Below, piece after piece: positions 34,534 to 43,659 of a stretch of DNA of 64,000 bases. The stretch spans positions 96,001-160,000 of IMG/VR virus record IMGVR_UViG_3300037483_000793; one strand, given 5' to 3'. Under the pieces are notes generated by a model, which saw only the letters and a list, made by a program, of their open reading frames with translations, ran no database searches and was not told the origin of the DNA. The translations under genes were made by a program, and so were the position numbers. Within the stretch, counting starts at the first letter, position 1. The number at the start of each line of letters is the position of its first letter. The DNA is from a virus.

Positions 34534-36866
34534 CAGACCTTGATTTCGACCTCGCGCATCTCGCAGATGCCCGTGACGTCTTGGCCATCGAGCTTCAAGG
34601 TCAGTGTGTTCTCGTCGAGCGACTTGAACTCGGTGAACCACACCTGCCCGACGATGACACTGAACTTGATCTGTGCCGTCTGGTAGATCAGGCCGCGTGT
34701 CTTCGCGATCTGCGCCTGTGTCTGCCCGGTGAGCCACTTCTCGTGGAGGTTCTTCGGGTTCTTCTTGATGAAGTCATCGACCTCGGTGATCGCGTTCGAC
34801 ATGAACGTGTCGCACGGGTTGAGCTTCTTCTTGGCAGTGATCTTCTCGCGCACGGCCTTCACCGAGTCGAGCTTGCTGCAGCCCTTGAGCTTGATCTCCA
34901 GCTCCTTGCCCATGATGAAGTCCTTGCTGTCAGCCTGCGTAGACTTCGGCGAGAAACCGTTGTTTGTCAGGCCCTGGTCCTTCAGCCACACCGCGCCGTC
35001 GGCGGTGTAAAGGTCGATGTAGCCCTTGAGCTTGACGCCCGGGAACAGCTCGTCTTGGTACGCCTTGTAGACCTTCTGCGCGGCGCGAGCCTTGAGCAGC
35101 TCCCACTCCAGCTCGATGATCGTCTTGGCGCTGACGGCCTTGACCATCTTGCGGTTGATGATCGGCAGCGGCTTGACGTTGATGACGGTCGTACCAAAGC
35201 CTGAGATTGGCGGGTTCATTTCGACGCCCGCTTCCTTGAGCTTCTCGTACGTCGCCTCCGTGATGTTGACTGGTAGCTTCTCGACGTTCACGAGACCGTG
35301 GCTGACGATCGCGTAGTTGCGCCAGATGTGCGTCTTGAACGCGGCGGGGATCGTGTACTTCGCGTGGTCGGGCCGCGACACGAGATCGACGATGCCTGTC
35401 TTCTTGACGAGCACACTGATGTTGGGACTGCACTCGTTGTACGTCAGGTTCGCGATCGGATAACCCGTCGGCGCCTCATCAGCCACGAACTTGAGCGCGT
35501 CGCGCTTGCTGGCGAGAATCGTATCGATCTCGACCTGCAGGGCCTTGAGCTTCACGGCGTTCTTCTCACCGGACATCTTCTCGCGGATCACTTCGAGCTG
35601 TTCCTGCTCGTCGGCTGTCAGGTTCTCGTCAGCGTCGAGGCGACCGCGACCGATGCGCGAGTACTTGAACTCGGGATGGCTGAGCATCACCCGTGTGTGC
35701 TCATCGTCAGCCAAGGTGCGTAGCAGATCGAGCACCGTGAACGCGTCGTCGGGCGGGACCTTGTTGGGGTCGTAGCCATCCTGCCAGCGCGACTTCTCAC
35801 TGAATGCGGCGAGCTTCGCCGAATCCATGAACTCGGAGTACTTCTGTTTGCCGAAGCAGGCGCTGAACATGTTGATGAAGCGCACGTCGCCGGTCGCCTT
35901 GAGGATCGGGTAGACGATCTCGGGTTTCATACGGACGGCGTAGAGCGACATCGCGGCGTAGACGGCAGCAGCGGCGGGCGTTGCGTCGTCGCCGAATACA
36001 CCACGACGGCTCTGCGAGCTGACCGGCGGCGCGGCGTCACCCACCTTCGAAGGCGACAGGTACCAGATCTCGGTTGTCTGCTCGGGCACAACAACCTTGC
36101 CGGTAGACGCCTCGAACGTCGTGATCTCGAAGTCGGCAAGCGCGTACGCGAAACCGCCAATTGGATCACCGCCGACAGCGACCTCGATACGCTTGCTCGC
36201 GACTGGATGCTTCTGCAGCGCCGTCTCGAACACGGGATCGAACTTGTCGAACGCGTCGGCGTGGATGTGGACACCGCCTGCCTTCGCGGCCATGGCAGCC
36301 AGAAGCGGCCGGTCGGCGTAGTAGCCGTACTCGACGAACGTCGAGCTGCTGATGCAGGGTGTGCTGTTGGTGCCGCCTGTAACGACACCGACGACGCGAA
36401 GGATGTCTTCACGCGGCCACTGGTTGTCGCAGCCGTCACTCATGAAGAACAGCGCGAACGGATTCTTGTTCTTCTTGCTGACCTCTTGCATGGTCGCTTC
36501 GACCTGCTGCAGCGGCTCCTTGAAGCCGGTGAGGCCGACCGGGCGCAGCCAGCGATCGAGCTGCTTGTTGACGTCGCCGAGATCCTTGAGCGTCGCGATC
36601 GGTTCGCCTTCCAGCAACGCACCGTACTGGCCCTTGCCCGAGAACCAGATAATCGACAGCGTGTCGCCTTCCCGGAGTAGCTTGGGCAGCTTCTTCTTGA
36701 GCTGCTCGCGAATGCGTGGCAGGTCGTAGGCCATGCTGCCGCTGCAGTCGATGACAGCGATGTGGTTGGTCGGTGTCTCGACAGTCTTCGCGGTCGGTGC
36801 GCTGTTGTTGGTGACCTGACGAACCAGGTAGAGGCCCTTCTCGATCTCGTACGATGTCGTGCTCAT
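34533..36866 (-). CDS. large vWA-domain protein
   Basis: MIDAS AVIDCSGSM, GLTGF, FMSDGCDN; about 777 aa; strong codon bias. Confidence 0.85.
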   Translation of the reverse strand: MSTTSYEIEKGLYLVRQVTNNSAPTAKTVETPTNHIAVIDCSGSMAYDLPRIREQLKKKLPKLLREGDTLSIIWFSGKGQYGALLEGEPIATLKDLGDVNKQLDRWLRPVGLTGFKEPLQQVEATMQEVSKKNKNPFALFFMSDGCDNQWPREDILRVVGVVTGGTNSTPCISSSTFVEYGYYADRPLLAAMAAKAGGVHIHADAFDKFDPVFETALQKHPVASKRIEVAVGGDPIGGFAYALADFEITTFEASTGKVVVPEQTTEIWYLSPSKVGDAAPPVSSQSRRGVFGDDATPAAAAVYAAMSLYAVRMKPEIVYPILKATGDVRFINMFSACFGKQKYSEFMDSAKLAAFSEKSRWQDGYDPNKVPPDDAFTVLDLLRTLADDEHTRVMLSHPEFKYSRIGRGRLDADENLTADEQEQLEVIREKMSGEKNAVKLKALQVEIDTILASKRDALKFVADEAPTGYPIANLTYNECSPNISVLVKKTGIVDLVSRPDHAKYTIPAAFKTHIWRNYAIVSHGLVNVEKLPVNITEATYEKLKEAGVEMNPPISGFGTTVINVKPLPIINRKMVKAVSAKTIIELEWELLKARAAQKVYKAYQDELFPGVKLKGYIDLYTADGAVWLKDQGLTNNGFSPKSTQADSKDFIMGKELEIKLKGCSKLDSVKAVREKITAKKKLNPCDTFMSNAITEVDDFIKKNPKNLHEKWLTGQTQAQIAKTRGLIYQTAQIKFSVIVGQVWFTEFKSLDENTLTLKLDGQDVTGICEMREVEIKV

Positions 36867-37010
36867 GTGCTCCGTTCCTTCCCTATTGGGTACGGGGAAC
36901 ATCCTCTCAGAGCACTCTGACAGTCAAGTCACGAGTGACCTCACAACGAAGGAGATCGCATGCTTGGAACGTTTCTGTGCTACTCGGCATCACAAACGTA
37001 GGAGGCCCAC

Positions 37011-37229
37011 ATGTCCAAACGTCTGAAGAGCAACGCCCCGTCCCGTGATGTCACCCAAGTCGGTCCTGGCGATTACGTCAAGATCGGTTCGCAGTGGCAG
37101 AAGATCTCGTCGAACACGGCCCACGGCGCCGACCGCACGCCGCGGTCGTGGTCTGTACGCACCGAAAGCGGTAGCGAGCACGGGATGTTCGGCATCAATC
37201 GTTACGCGAAGGCGGAAGACCTCGAATGA
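37011..37229 (+). CDS. small hypothetical protein
   Basis: GGAGG RBS. Confidence 0.7.
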   Translation: MSKRLKSNAPSRDVTQVGPGDYVKIGSQWQKISSNTAHGADRTPRSWSVRTESGSEHGMFGINRYAKAEDLE

Positions 37230-37243
37230 TCGCGGACGCGATC
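37228..37243. promoter_or_regulatory. GATCGC-N4-GCGATC palindrome
   Basis: GATCGCGGACGCGATC exactly filling the gap between two convergent stop codons. Confidence 0.75.
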
Positions 37244-37889
37244 AGAGCTTCACGAGCGACGCTGCGTGATCGAATACGGCGTCGATTGTTGGATCGGCAC
37301 GGAACGAACGCGCACGGCCGCGCATACTGCGATCCGGGATCGGGCAATGCGGCGCGTCGCCGGGCGTGATCGGCACGCCACGCGGTCGACCGACGAGAAC
37401 CTTGGTGACCTCGCCAACGTTCTTGATCTTGCGCCGGTAGTGCACGCCGTCGTTCGCAAACTCGACGGGCTTGTTCAAGACCTCGGGTGCATACATCGCG
37501 CAGACCACGGGTGCGCCAGCATCGAGCGCCAGCTCTTCCATGCGGTGTGAGACCTCGCCGTAGTGGCCAGGCTCCTTGTACCACTCGGCGGCGTAGCTCT
37601 TGACGGCCGTGCGGCCGAGCTTCGATCCATCGGAGCCGACGAGACCGCCTTTGATGCCGTACACCGTCGTCTTGCCGAGACGAAACGCGCGTAGTTCACC
37701 GTCGACTGCCTGGAAGACGTCCCAGACGTCGTACTCGTCCAGTTCACTCGGATGATCGAGGATGAGGCCGATCTTGGCGTAGGTCGACTGCACCATGTCC
37801 CAGACCGCGGGTCGGATCAGCTCCTCGAAGCTGTTGGACTGCGGCGAGACACGAAGCCATCGGCCGTCGGCGTCAGCGAAACGAATCAC
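37242..37889 (-). CDS. hypothetical protein (GNAT-like fold possible)
   Basis: VWDMVQSTYAKIG...GSDGS...YGEVS...DGVHYRRKI...KVLVGRP, pattern I recall from large-phage proteins. Confidence 0.65.
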   Translation of the reverse strand: MIRFADADGRWLRVSPQSNSFEELIRPAVWDMVQSTYAKIGLILDHPSELDEYDVWDVFQAVDGELRAFRLGKTTVYGIKGGLVGSDGSKLGRTAVKSYAAEWYKEPGHYGEVSHRMEELALDAGAPVVCAMYAPEVLNKPVEFANDGVHYRRKIKNVGEVTKVLVGRPRGVPITPGDAPHCPIPDRSMRGRARSFRADPTIDAVFDHAASLVKL

Positions 37890-37904
37890 GGACGTCGACG
37901 TGCG

Positions 37905-38114
37905 TTACGCGTACTGCGCGGTTGCCGCTGCGAGCACCTCGGCTGTCGTGCCGCGCAGACGCGCGATGCGGCCGAGCGTGTCGTCGGTGATCGTCTCGTG
38001 CTCCAGACACTCCTGATCGAGTCCGATCATCGAGATCGCTGCGGACAGCGACGTGTGCTGGGCCTTGAGATAGGCGCTGAGCGCCTTGGTGGTAACGGGG
38101 CGCTTGGTGGTCAT
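37905..38114 (-). CDS. small hypothetical protein
   Basis: ATG 5 nt after TACCGT. Confidence 0.55.
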   Translation of the reverse strand: MTTKRPVTTKALSAYLKAQHTSLSAAISMIGLDQECLEHETITDDTLGRIARLRGTTAEVLAAATAQYA

Positions 38115-38154
38115 GCCTGACGGTACCACGTGATCGGGTGCGTGATTGCATCCC

Positions 38155-38191
38155 GAAAACAGAAACGGCCTACTCCAAGGAGTTGGCCGTT
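38155..38191 (-). terminator. intrinsic terminator
   Basis: Minus strand: AACGGCCAACTCC-TT-GGAGTAGGCCGTT hairpin then TCTGTTTT. Confidence 0.75.
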
Positions 38192-38210
38192 CGATAGGCA
38201 GTGGGTAGGA

Positions 38211-39113
38211 CTAACCGAGCAGCTTGATCGAGAGGTTCGGTGCCTGTGCATGCGTCAGCGCGCCGTCAGACGGCGTCACGGTCAGTGCCGTGGAGTTGCC
38301 CGCCGGGTTGATGACCGTGACGATGTCGCCTGCGGTCAGCGCAACGAGCACCGTGTTGGTGTTCTGCTGCGTGCCTGCGCCGCTGGTCGTACAGGTGTTG
38401 GCGACAGGCGCGGCGTTGACTGCAAGCTGCAGCTGCGACGCCTCGGAGAACCCAACCTGCCACGACACTTCGTAGACGCCCGTCGCGTCGACGACGAAGT
38501 CGGTGGTCGAGACGCCGCTGCGGATGGCGTGACCGTTCACGGTGGGCCCGTTGCGCGGGAACGGAACCGGTGCACCGACGGCGACAGTCGCCGCATAGTC
38601 GTTGCCCTCGGAGCCGGTGCCCGTCGTCGTGCCGTAGAACATCGCGCCGTTCTGCGGAGTGCCGCCACCTGGGATCGTGACATCGACCTGTCCACCGCCC
38701 GCATCCGTGGCGGTAACACCCGCGCCCGTGAAGTTGAGGATGGAATGTGGGCCGCCCGGGACAACAACGTCCTCGTCCTCGATGGACGTGATCGCACCGC
38801 TGCCACTGCCACCATCACCGCTCGCGATGATGAACGGCGTGAGGCCGATGAACGTCGGCGTGGGCGTCTTCGGGATAACGTCTTCGACCGTGTGCCAGTG
38901 CTCGACGTAGATGTCGACGAGGGCGGCGGCGGACGCCGTACGTGTCACCGTAATGTCGGTCGCGGTCGCGACGATGGTGAAGTTCGGTCCGTTTCCTGCG
39001 ACGAGGTCAGGGAGAACGGGAATGCCGTTGACGTTGAGTCGGTGCGGAAGCACGGCCGGAACGCCGATGGCCAACCCGGTGAAGGACAGAACGTTCTTGA
39101 GAATCGTGCCCAT
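38211..39113 (-). CDS. spike protein with BclA/C1q-like C-terminal domain
   Basis: GVYEVSWQV...QLQLAVN...VLVALTAGDIVTVIN...SIKLLG; start may alternatively be 39152. Confidence 0.7.
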   Translation of the reverse strand: MGTILKNVLSFTGLAIGVPAVLPHRLNVNGIPVLPDLVAGNGPNFTIVATATDITVTRTASAAALVDIYVEHWHTVEDVIPKTPTPTFIGLTPFIIASGDGGSGSGAITSIEDEDVVVPGGPHSILNFTGAGVTATDAGGGQVDVTIPGGGTPQNGAMFYGTTTGTGSEGNDYAATVAVGAPVPFPRNGPTVNGHAIRSGVSTTDFVVDATGVYEVSWQVGFSEASQLQLAVNAAPVANTCTTSGAGTQQNTNTVLVALTAGDIVTVINPAGNSTALTVTPSDGALTHAQAPNLSIKLLG

Positions 39114-39131
39114 GCCCAAAAAGATAACACC

Positions 39132-39147
39132 GATCGCTCGCGCGATC
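39132..39147. promoter_or_regulatory. GATCGC-N4-GCGATC palindrome
   Basis: GATCGCTCGCGCGATC upstream of the spike gene. Confidence 0.8.
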
Positions 39148-39177
39148 ATCAATTTGGCCGCGCCTAGAAACGTCCCC

Positions 39178-39216
39178 GAAAACAGAAACGGCCCGGTCCG
39201 AGAAGACCGAGCCGTT
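39178..39216 (-). terminator. intrinsic terminator after the capsid candidate
   Basis: Minus strand: AACGGCTCGGTC-TTCTCG-GACCGGGCCGTT hairpin then TCTGTTTT. Confidence 0.8.
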
Positions 39217-39254
39217 GCCGTGGTTTTGCCGCTTCGTCGAAGCGACCGTCGTGG

Positions 39255-40004
39255 TTAGACGACGGTGCGCTTGATCAGGCCGTACTTGTACAGCTTGACG
39301 TCGGCGAAGTTGAGCGCGGTCGCGCCGTCGCTCGCCGCCTGCGCGATGCGGATCGGCGCCTCGGGCTGGAACACGCCCTTGTAGCCGAGGTTCTCACGCT
39401 CGTGCACGGGAAGCACGAGAGCGACGCGGTCACGCGGGCTCGGGACGCCGTTCTGCGCCAGCTCGAACGCGGTGTTCGTCGAGAACACGTTGTAGCCGTG
39501 TCCCTGCGGGTAGTCCTGCAGAATGCCCTGCGAGTAGAACTTCGCGTTGTACTCGTACTGGAAGAACGTCACGCGGTCCATCTGGAACAGCGTGGTCAGC
39601 GTCGGCGGATCCGACAGCGCGAACGGGGCAACGCCCGCGCCCGCACCCGGAACTGCCGCGTTGAAGTCGTCCTTCAGCGTCGGCGCGAGCGGCGAGGTGT
39701 CCGGCGCGCGCATGACGCGCGAGACCATGATGCCCCAGCCGTAGACCAGCATCTCCCAGTCCTTCGGCAGACCGGTGTCGCCGTTGCGGGGAACGTTGGT
39801 GTCGACGCGCGTCTGCACGCGCGTGCCGCCGGGGATCGGCTGCGAGCGGCCGGTCGAGAACGCTTCGAGCGGCGTGGTGATGCCGTTCGAGAACTGGACG
39901 GAGCCGTACAGCTTGTCGTCGATCCAGTCCGCGAGGGCGATCGTGCTGCCGTCGGGCAGCGTGAGGGTTGTGGTGGATGGTGCTACGCCAACTGCTCCGG
40001 CCAT
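39255..40004 (-). CDS. putative major capsid protein (jelly-roll-like)
   Basis: 249 aa, extreme GC3 bias, AAGGA RBS, own terminator; DTNxPxxGxxGLPxxWEMLVYGWGI motif; beta-rich; no TM. Confidence 0.6.
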   Translation of the reverse strand: MAGAVGVAPSTTTLTLPDGSTIALADWIDDKLYGSVQFSNGITTPLEAFSTGRSQPIPGGTRVQTRVDTNVPRNGDTGLPKDWEMLVYGWGIMVSRVMRAPDTSPLAPTLKDDFNAAVPGAGAGVAPFALSDPPTLTTLFQMDRVTFFQYEYNAKFYSQGILQDYPQGHGYNVFSTNTAFELAQNGVPSPRDRVALVLPVHERENLGYKGVFQPEAPIRIAQAASDGATALNFADVKLYKYGLIKRTVV

Positions 40005-40169
40005 GGTCTTGTCCTTGTCGCGAGAGAAACGGCTCAACGCCGTCTGTTGTGGGTGCGCCGAAGAATTCGACACGACCCTGATCGCCTGACCAGCGATCGC
40101 TGCTGCGACTCAGCCCGAAGACTCAGTCGCAAGAGCGAGCGCTGGGCGCCTTGCGCCCAACGCGCGTTA

Positions 40170-40988
40170 CTAGTTCGAGCCTCCGAACAGGGTCGCGCCG
40201 AAGTGCGTGCCCATCGCCGAGACGCTCGGACCGCCGAGCAGCTTGGTCTGAGCGGCACCCGGGTTGTCGCCCATGCCGTAGCTACCGGCACCGACGAGCG
40301 TCGGCGGGCCCACCAGCTCGGGGCGATCCGCGCCGAAGCCTGCACCGCCACCGCTGATCGAACCCGGCACCGGGTACGCGGGCTCGATTGCCGCGGCACC
40401 GAAGCCGTTGTTCATCATCGAGGGCAGGTTCGCCGGAACGACGTAGCCCGGCTCGATGGAGTGGATGCCGAACCCGCCCTGGTACGGCTGGATGACCGCC
40501 GTCGGGTCGATCGTCACGCCGCCCCAGCCCGAGCCGACGAGCTTCGCCGCGTCCGCGAACGAAGCCTTCTGGTCCGCCGAAGACGCTGCGGCCGTCACGA
40601 GCGCCTGTGCCTCGGCTGCAGTCGCCTTGGGCATGAACACCGACTGCTCCAGCTGACGGAGACCGTTGGTGACGAGCGCGGTTGCTGCTGCAGCCCAGCC
40701 CATGCGACGCGTGCCCGGGAACGCCATCATGACGCCGCCCGCGATGCCGCCCGCGAGGAGACCCGCCAGCTCGGAGTACTGATGGAACTTCGACGTCGGC
40801 TTCGACATCGCGCGCGCGATGATCGCGGCGCCGGTACCGACGCCACCGCCGATGACCGCGCCCCACATCGAGTCACCGCCAGCGGGCTGGCCGAACTCGT
40901 CGAGACCGAACATGTCGACCTCGCCCATGTTGTCGTTGTCGTACTCGCCGAAGTTGCCAGCGAGCGCGCCGTTGATTTCGTTCTTCAT
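40170..40988 (-). CDS. membrane protein with repeated GFG units, co-expressed with the capsid candidate
   Basis: Hydrophobic Gly-rich segments, then GGFGIHSIEP / NGFGAAAIEP / AGFGADRPE / YGMGD / HFGATLFGG. Confidence 0.8.
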   Translation of the reverse strand: MKNEINGALAGNFGEYDNDNMGEVDMFGLDEFGQPAGGDSMWGAVIGGGVGTGAAIIARAMSKPTSKFHQYSELAGLLAGGIAGGVMMAFPGTRRMGWAAAATALVTNGLRQLEQSVFMPKATAAEAQALVTAAASSADQKASFADAAKLVGSGWGGVTIDPTAVIQPYQGGFGIHSIEPGYVVPANLPSMMNNGFGAAAIEPAYPVPGSISGGGAGFGADRPELVGPPTLVGAGSYGMGDNPGAAQTKLLGGPSVSAMGTHFGATLFGGSN

Positions 40989-41037
40989 TGTCCTTGTCCT
41001 CTCTGTCTAGTGCGGGGAAAAAATGCTGCTGGCGCGC

Positions 41038-41226
41038 TCAGCGCGGGCAGCGGGAAGAGCCTTGCTTGAACTCCCAACCGGTCCGGCTCTTCTTGCCGGA
41101 CTTGGTACGGGAACCGCGACCGACGTAGCAGAGCTGCATCGTGCAGCCCGTACGCGGGTTCTTGACGTCTTTGCAGAAGCCGACAACCGGCGTGTCGCCG
41201 AGCTGCGCGCGCTTCCGCTTCGACAT
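41038..41226 (-). CDS. small basic Cys-containing protein (62 aa)
   Basis: MSKRKRAQLGDTPVVGFCK...RCPR, 3' end of track ORF 41038..42111. Confidence 0.6.
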   Translation of the reverse strand: MSKRKRAQLGDTPVVGFCKDVKNPRTGCTMQLCYVGRGSRTKSGKKSRTGWEFKQGSSRCPR

Positions 41227-41264
41227 CTTCGGTTCGGCACCGGAGATAGTGAATACGCTCGGCA

Positions 41265-42104
41265 CTACCGCTGCTCCTTGCGAACGTTGACGCTCGTGTT
41301 GCCGGGCCACACGGCTTGTGGGTGTGGCCAGCGCCCTTGGACCATCGGTGCGCGCGTCATGAGTGGCGGGCGCGCCTGCGCATGCGCGTAGTTGATCGGC
41401 ACGTTGTTCGCCGCATGCATCTGCATGACCGGATGCGGTGCGAACTTCCCAGCGAGCTTCGCTTGGAAATTGCGACGAGCCCAAACGTTGTCGTTGTAGT
41501 TGAGGTTCCGGTACGCCTGTGCGTAGTCGAAGTACGGGAACGCGGGCACGTGACCGGCGCGGTTCTGCTTGGGCAGTACCGTGGTCGCCATCATCGGCGC
41601 GCCGAACTGCGCGGGCTTCGTCTGCTGTTCGGCGCGAACCGGGATCGATGCTGCGGGTGCGCCACCTGCAGGCGCGACTTGCGGTTCGCCGCCGGGGCCG
41701 CTGTTGCAGACAATCACGCGGCGCGCGCCGATCTGGATCGTGACGGTGCCGCCGCGCGCGAGTTCCTGCGCGGCCTGTGTGATCGTGCCGACGATGCCAC
41801 CACCAGGTGGCGTGTTCGGGCCGACCGTGATCTTCGAGGTGCCCATGCACACGGTGCCGGTCTTGCCGCGCGCGAACAACTGCGCGAGCTTGCCAGCCGC
41901 GTACGCGACGTCTTCGGGCGACGGATACGGCGAGACGGCCGGTCCGGCACCACGAACGCTCGCGATGAACGGGTCGATCGTGTGCCGCGCCATGTCCACC
42001 GGGCTCACCTGGCGGATCCACATCGGCTCGATGACACCCGTGCGCGTGATTGCGTCGGGACGCCAATGCGCCTGCGCGTGCATCTCGCGGGTCATGTGGA
42101 ACAT
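41265..42104 (-). CDS. hypothetical protein, putative virion component
   Basis: ATG 6 nt after TAGCTT; Gly/Pro/Ala-rich. Confidence 0.7.
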   Translation of the reverse strand: MFHMTREMHAQAHWRPDAITRTGVIEPMWIRQVSPVDMARHTIDPFIASVRGAGPAVSPYPSPEDVAYAAGKLAQLFARGKTGTVCMGTSKITVGPNTPPGGGIVGTITQAAQELARGGTVTIQIGARRVIVCNSGPGGEPQVAPAGGAPAASIPVRAEQQTKPAQFGAPMMATTVLPKQNRAGHVPAFPYFDYAQAYRNLNYNDNVWARRNFQAKLAGKFAPHPVMQMHAANNVPINYAHAQARPPLMTRAPMVQGRWPHPQAVWPGNTSVNVRKEQR

Positions 42105-42121
42105 GCATCAAAGCTACTGTC

Positions 42122-42137
42122 GATCGCGCGCGCGATC
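42122..42137. promoter_or_regulatory. GATCGC-N4-GCGATC palindrome
   Basis: GATCGCGCGCGCGATC (perfect), 5 nt upstream of TAGCTT on minus. Confidence 0.85.
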
Positions 42138-42257
42138 AAGTCGAAAGCAGTGTGATTTCGCTGAGTTAGCCTGACTATCGCTGCACACTTCTGATCATCC
42201 ATGATCACGTTGGCGCCTTGATCGCGCCCGCGACTACGCGTACGTTTGGCGAACACG

Positions 42258-42488
42258 ATGGCGAAACGGCGACGTTCACGACCGTCTTTGGGAGACGCGG
42301 CAGCAGTCCCACAGTCTGTTGAACGACCGATCACGCCGCGCGAGCTTGCGACGTGGCTCAAGGTCAGCCCAGCAACCGTTCGGCGCCGCCTCGGTGAGCT
42401 ACCGCACTTCCGTATCGGCAACCGCGTGCGGTTCATGCCGAGCGAAGTGATCGCGCATTACCGTCGCAAGCCTGACAGCGAATCGTAG
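42258..42488 (+). CDS. HTH_17/excisionase-like DNA-binding protein
   Basis: ITPRELATWLKVSPATVRRR..ELPHFRIGNRVRF. Confidence 0.8.
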   Translation: MAKRRRSRPSLGDAAAVPQSVERPITPRELATWLKVSPATVRRRLGELPHFRIGNRVRFMPSEVIAHYRRKPDSES

Positions 42489-42818
42489 CTACGCGATCGC
42501 GTCGATGCGCGCGACGATGCCCTGCAGATCTTCGATCGTCGTCAGCAGATCTAGATAGTCGTCGCCGTCGATGCTGGCACCGCTCTTGTCGGCGACATCG
42601 CGCGCGTGCTGCAGTTCCGCGAGCGCCGCGCGCAGGTTGCGGTACGAGAAGTCTTCGTCGACGAGGCGGTAGCACGGGCTGTTTTGTCCGCCGTGCCAGT
42701 CGGTGCAGACTTCCATCGCTTCTTCGAGATCGCCATCCCACACGCGAACGCTCGCGCCGGTCTCCGTGTTCACGTAGACCAGATAGCCGTTGTCGTCCTC
42801 GTGGTAGCGAATCGCCAC
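42489..42818 (-). CDS. acidic hypothetical protein
   Basis: Good codon bias; start uncertain. Confidence 0.6.
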   Translation of the reverse strand: MAIRYHEDDNGYLVYVNTETGASVRVWDGDLEEAMEVCTDWHGGQNSPCYRLVDEDFSYRNLRAALAELQHARDVADKSGASIDGDDYLDLLTTIEDLQGIVARIDAIA

Positions 42819-42822
42819 GGTG

Positions 42823-43029
42823 TTACCGGCGGCGGCCTGTGAAGGACCGCTTGCTACGTCGCTTGATCTTACCTTCGCAGATCTCGACGGGGCGAATCTT
42901 CCAACGCGTATCACGACGTTCGGCCTGAAACTCGCGCGCGAATTTCTTGTCGCGGAAGATGACACCAGAAGTCGTGGGCTTCTTCGTTTTTACGTCGAAG
43001 AACACCTCGTACATGATCTTGCAGGTCAT
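42823..43029 (-). CDS. small basic protein (paralog of 43447-43659)
   Basis: MTCKIMYEV...VEICEGKIKRR...FTGRRR. Confidence 0.7.
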   Translation of the reverse strand: MTCKIMYEVFFDVKTKKPTTSGVIFRDKKFAREFQAERRDTRWKIRPVEICEGKIKRRSKRSFTGRRR

Positions 43030-43042
43030 TGGGTCTCCGACG

Positions 43043-43444
43043 TTACCGACGACGACGTTTCGTGCGGCGACGGCGCCGCTGATCCAGTGGACTGCGTGAG
43101 ACCTGCGAACACGGTGTGACCTTCGTGGCGCCAGCGTCCTTGAGCGCTTGGCTGGCGCTCAGGCTGCCGCGCCCACCGCCCCACAGCTGGATCAAGTTGC
43201 CTTCGGCGTTGCGCAAAGGCTCACCGTTCGCGCGCGCGGCGAACAGACTCACTTCGGGTTTCTCGCCGTGTTTCACCCATCGTGATGACGCCGAGACGAG
43301 AACGTTCTTGTAGTGCTTCTTGCTGTAGGCCGACATCACGGGGATGCCTTTACCGGTGACGCGGTAGTGTGTCCACGCAAGCTCGGATTCCGCGTGCACA
43401 CGCCGAACGCATGTCGCGGTGAACTGTTCGCGTTGCTTCGCCAT
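43043..43444 (-). CDS. basic protein with poly-Arg tail
   Basis: GAGGAG RBS; ends PLDQRRRRRTKRRRR. Confidence 0.7.
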   Translation of the reverse strand: MAKQREQFTATCVRRVHAESELAWTHYRVTGKGIPVMSAYSKKHYKNVLVSASSRWVKHGEKPEVSLFAARANGEPLRNAEGNLIQLWGGGRGSLSASQALKDAGATKVTPCSQVSRSPLDQRRRRRTKRRRR

Positions 43445-43446
43445 GA

Positions 43447-43659
43447 TCATCTCCTCTTGCGGCGACGGCCCCGGAACACCTGCTTGCCGTGGCGCTTGAT
43501 CTTGCCGTTCTCGCACAGTTCGACGACGCGAAGCTCCGCGCCGGGCCACGCCTTCTGAAATTTGCGTGCGGCGTATTTGGCCGTGAACACGACCGAACGC
43601 TTCGTCTTGACTACGTTCCCAACCGTTGCCGAAACCTCGTAGCCGATCTGACAGCTCAC
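43447..43659 (-). CDS. small basic protein (paralog of 42823-43029)
   Basis: MSCQIGYEV...VELCENGKIKRH...FRGRRRKRR; GTGA overlap with protease stop. Confidence 0.7.
   Translation of the reverse strand: MSCQIGYEVSATVGNVVKTKRSVVFTAKYAARKFQKAWPGAELRVVELCENGKIKRHGKQVFRGRRRKRR

Noticed and set aside
36960-37001. 13-codon ORF MLGTFLCYSASQT with AAGGAG RBS upstream of 37011
   Set aside because: Too short to support from sequence alone; could be a leader peptide but there is no further evidence.
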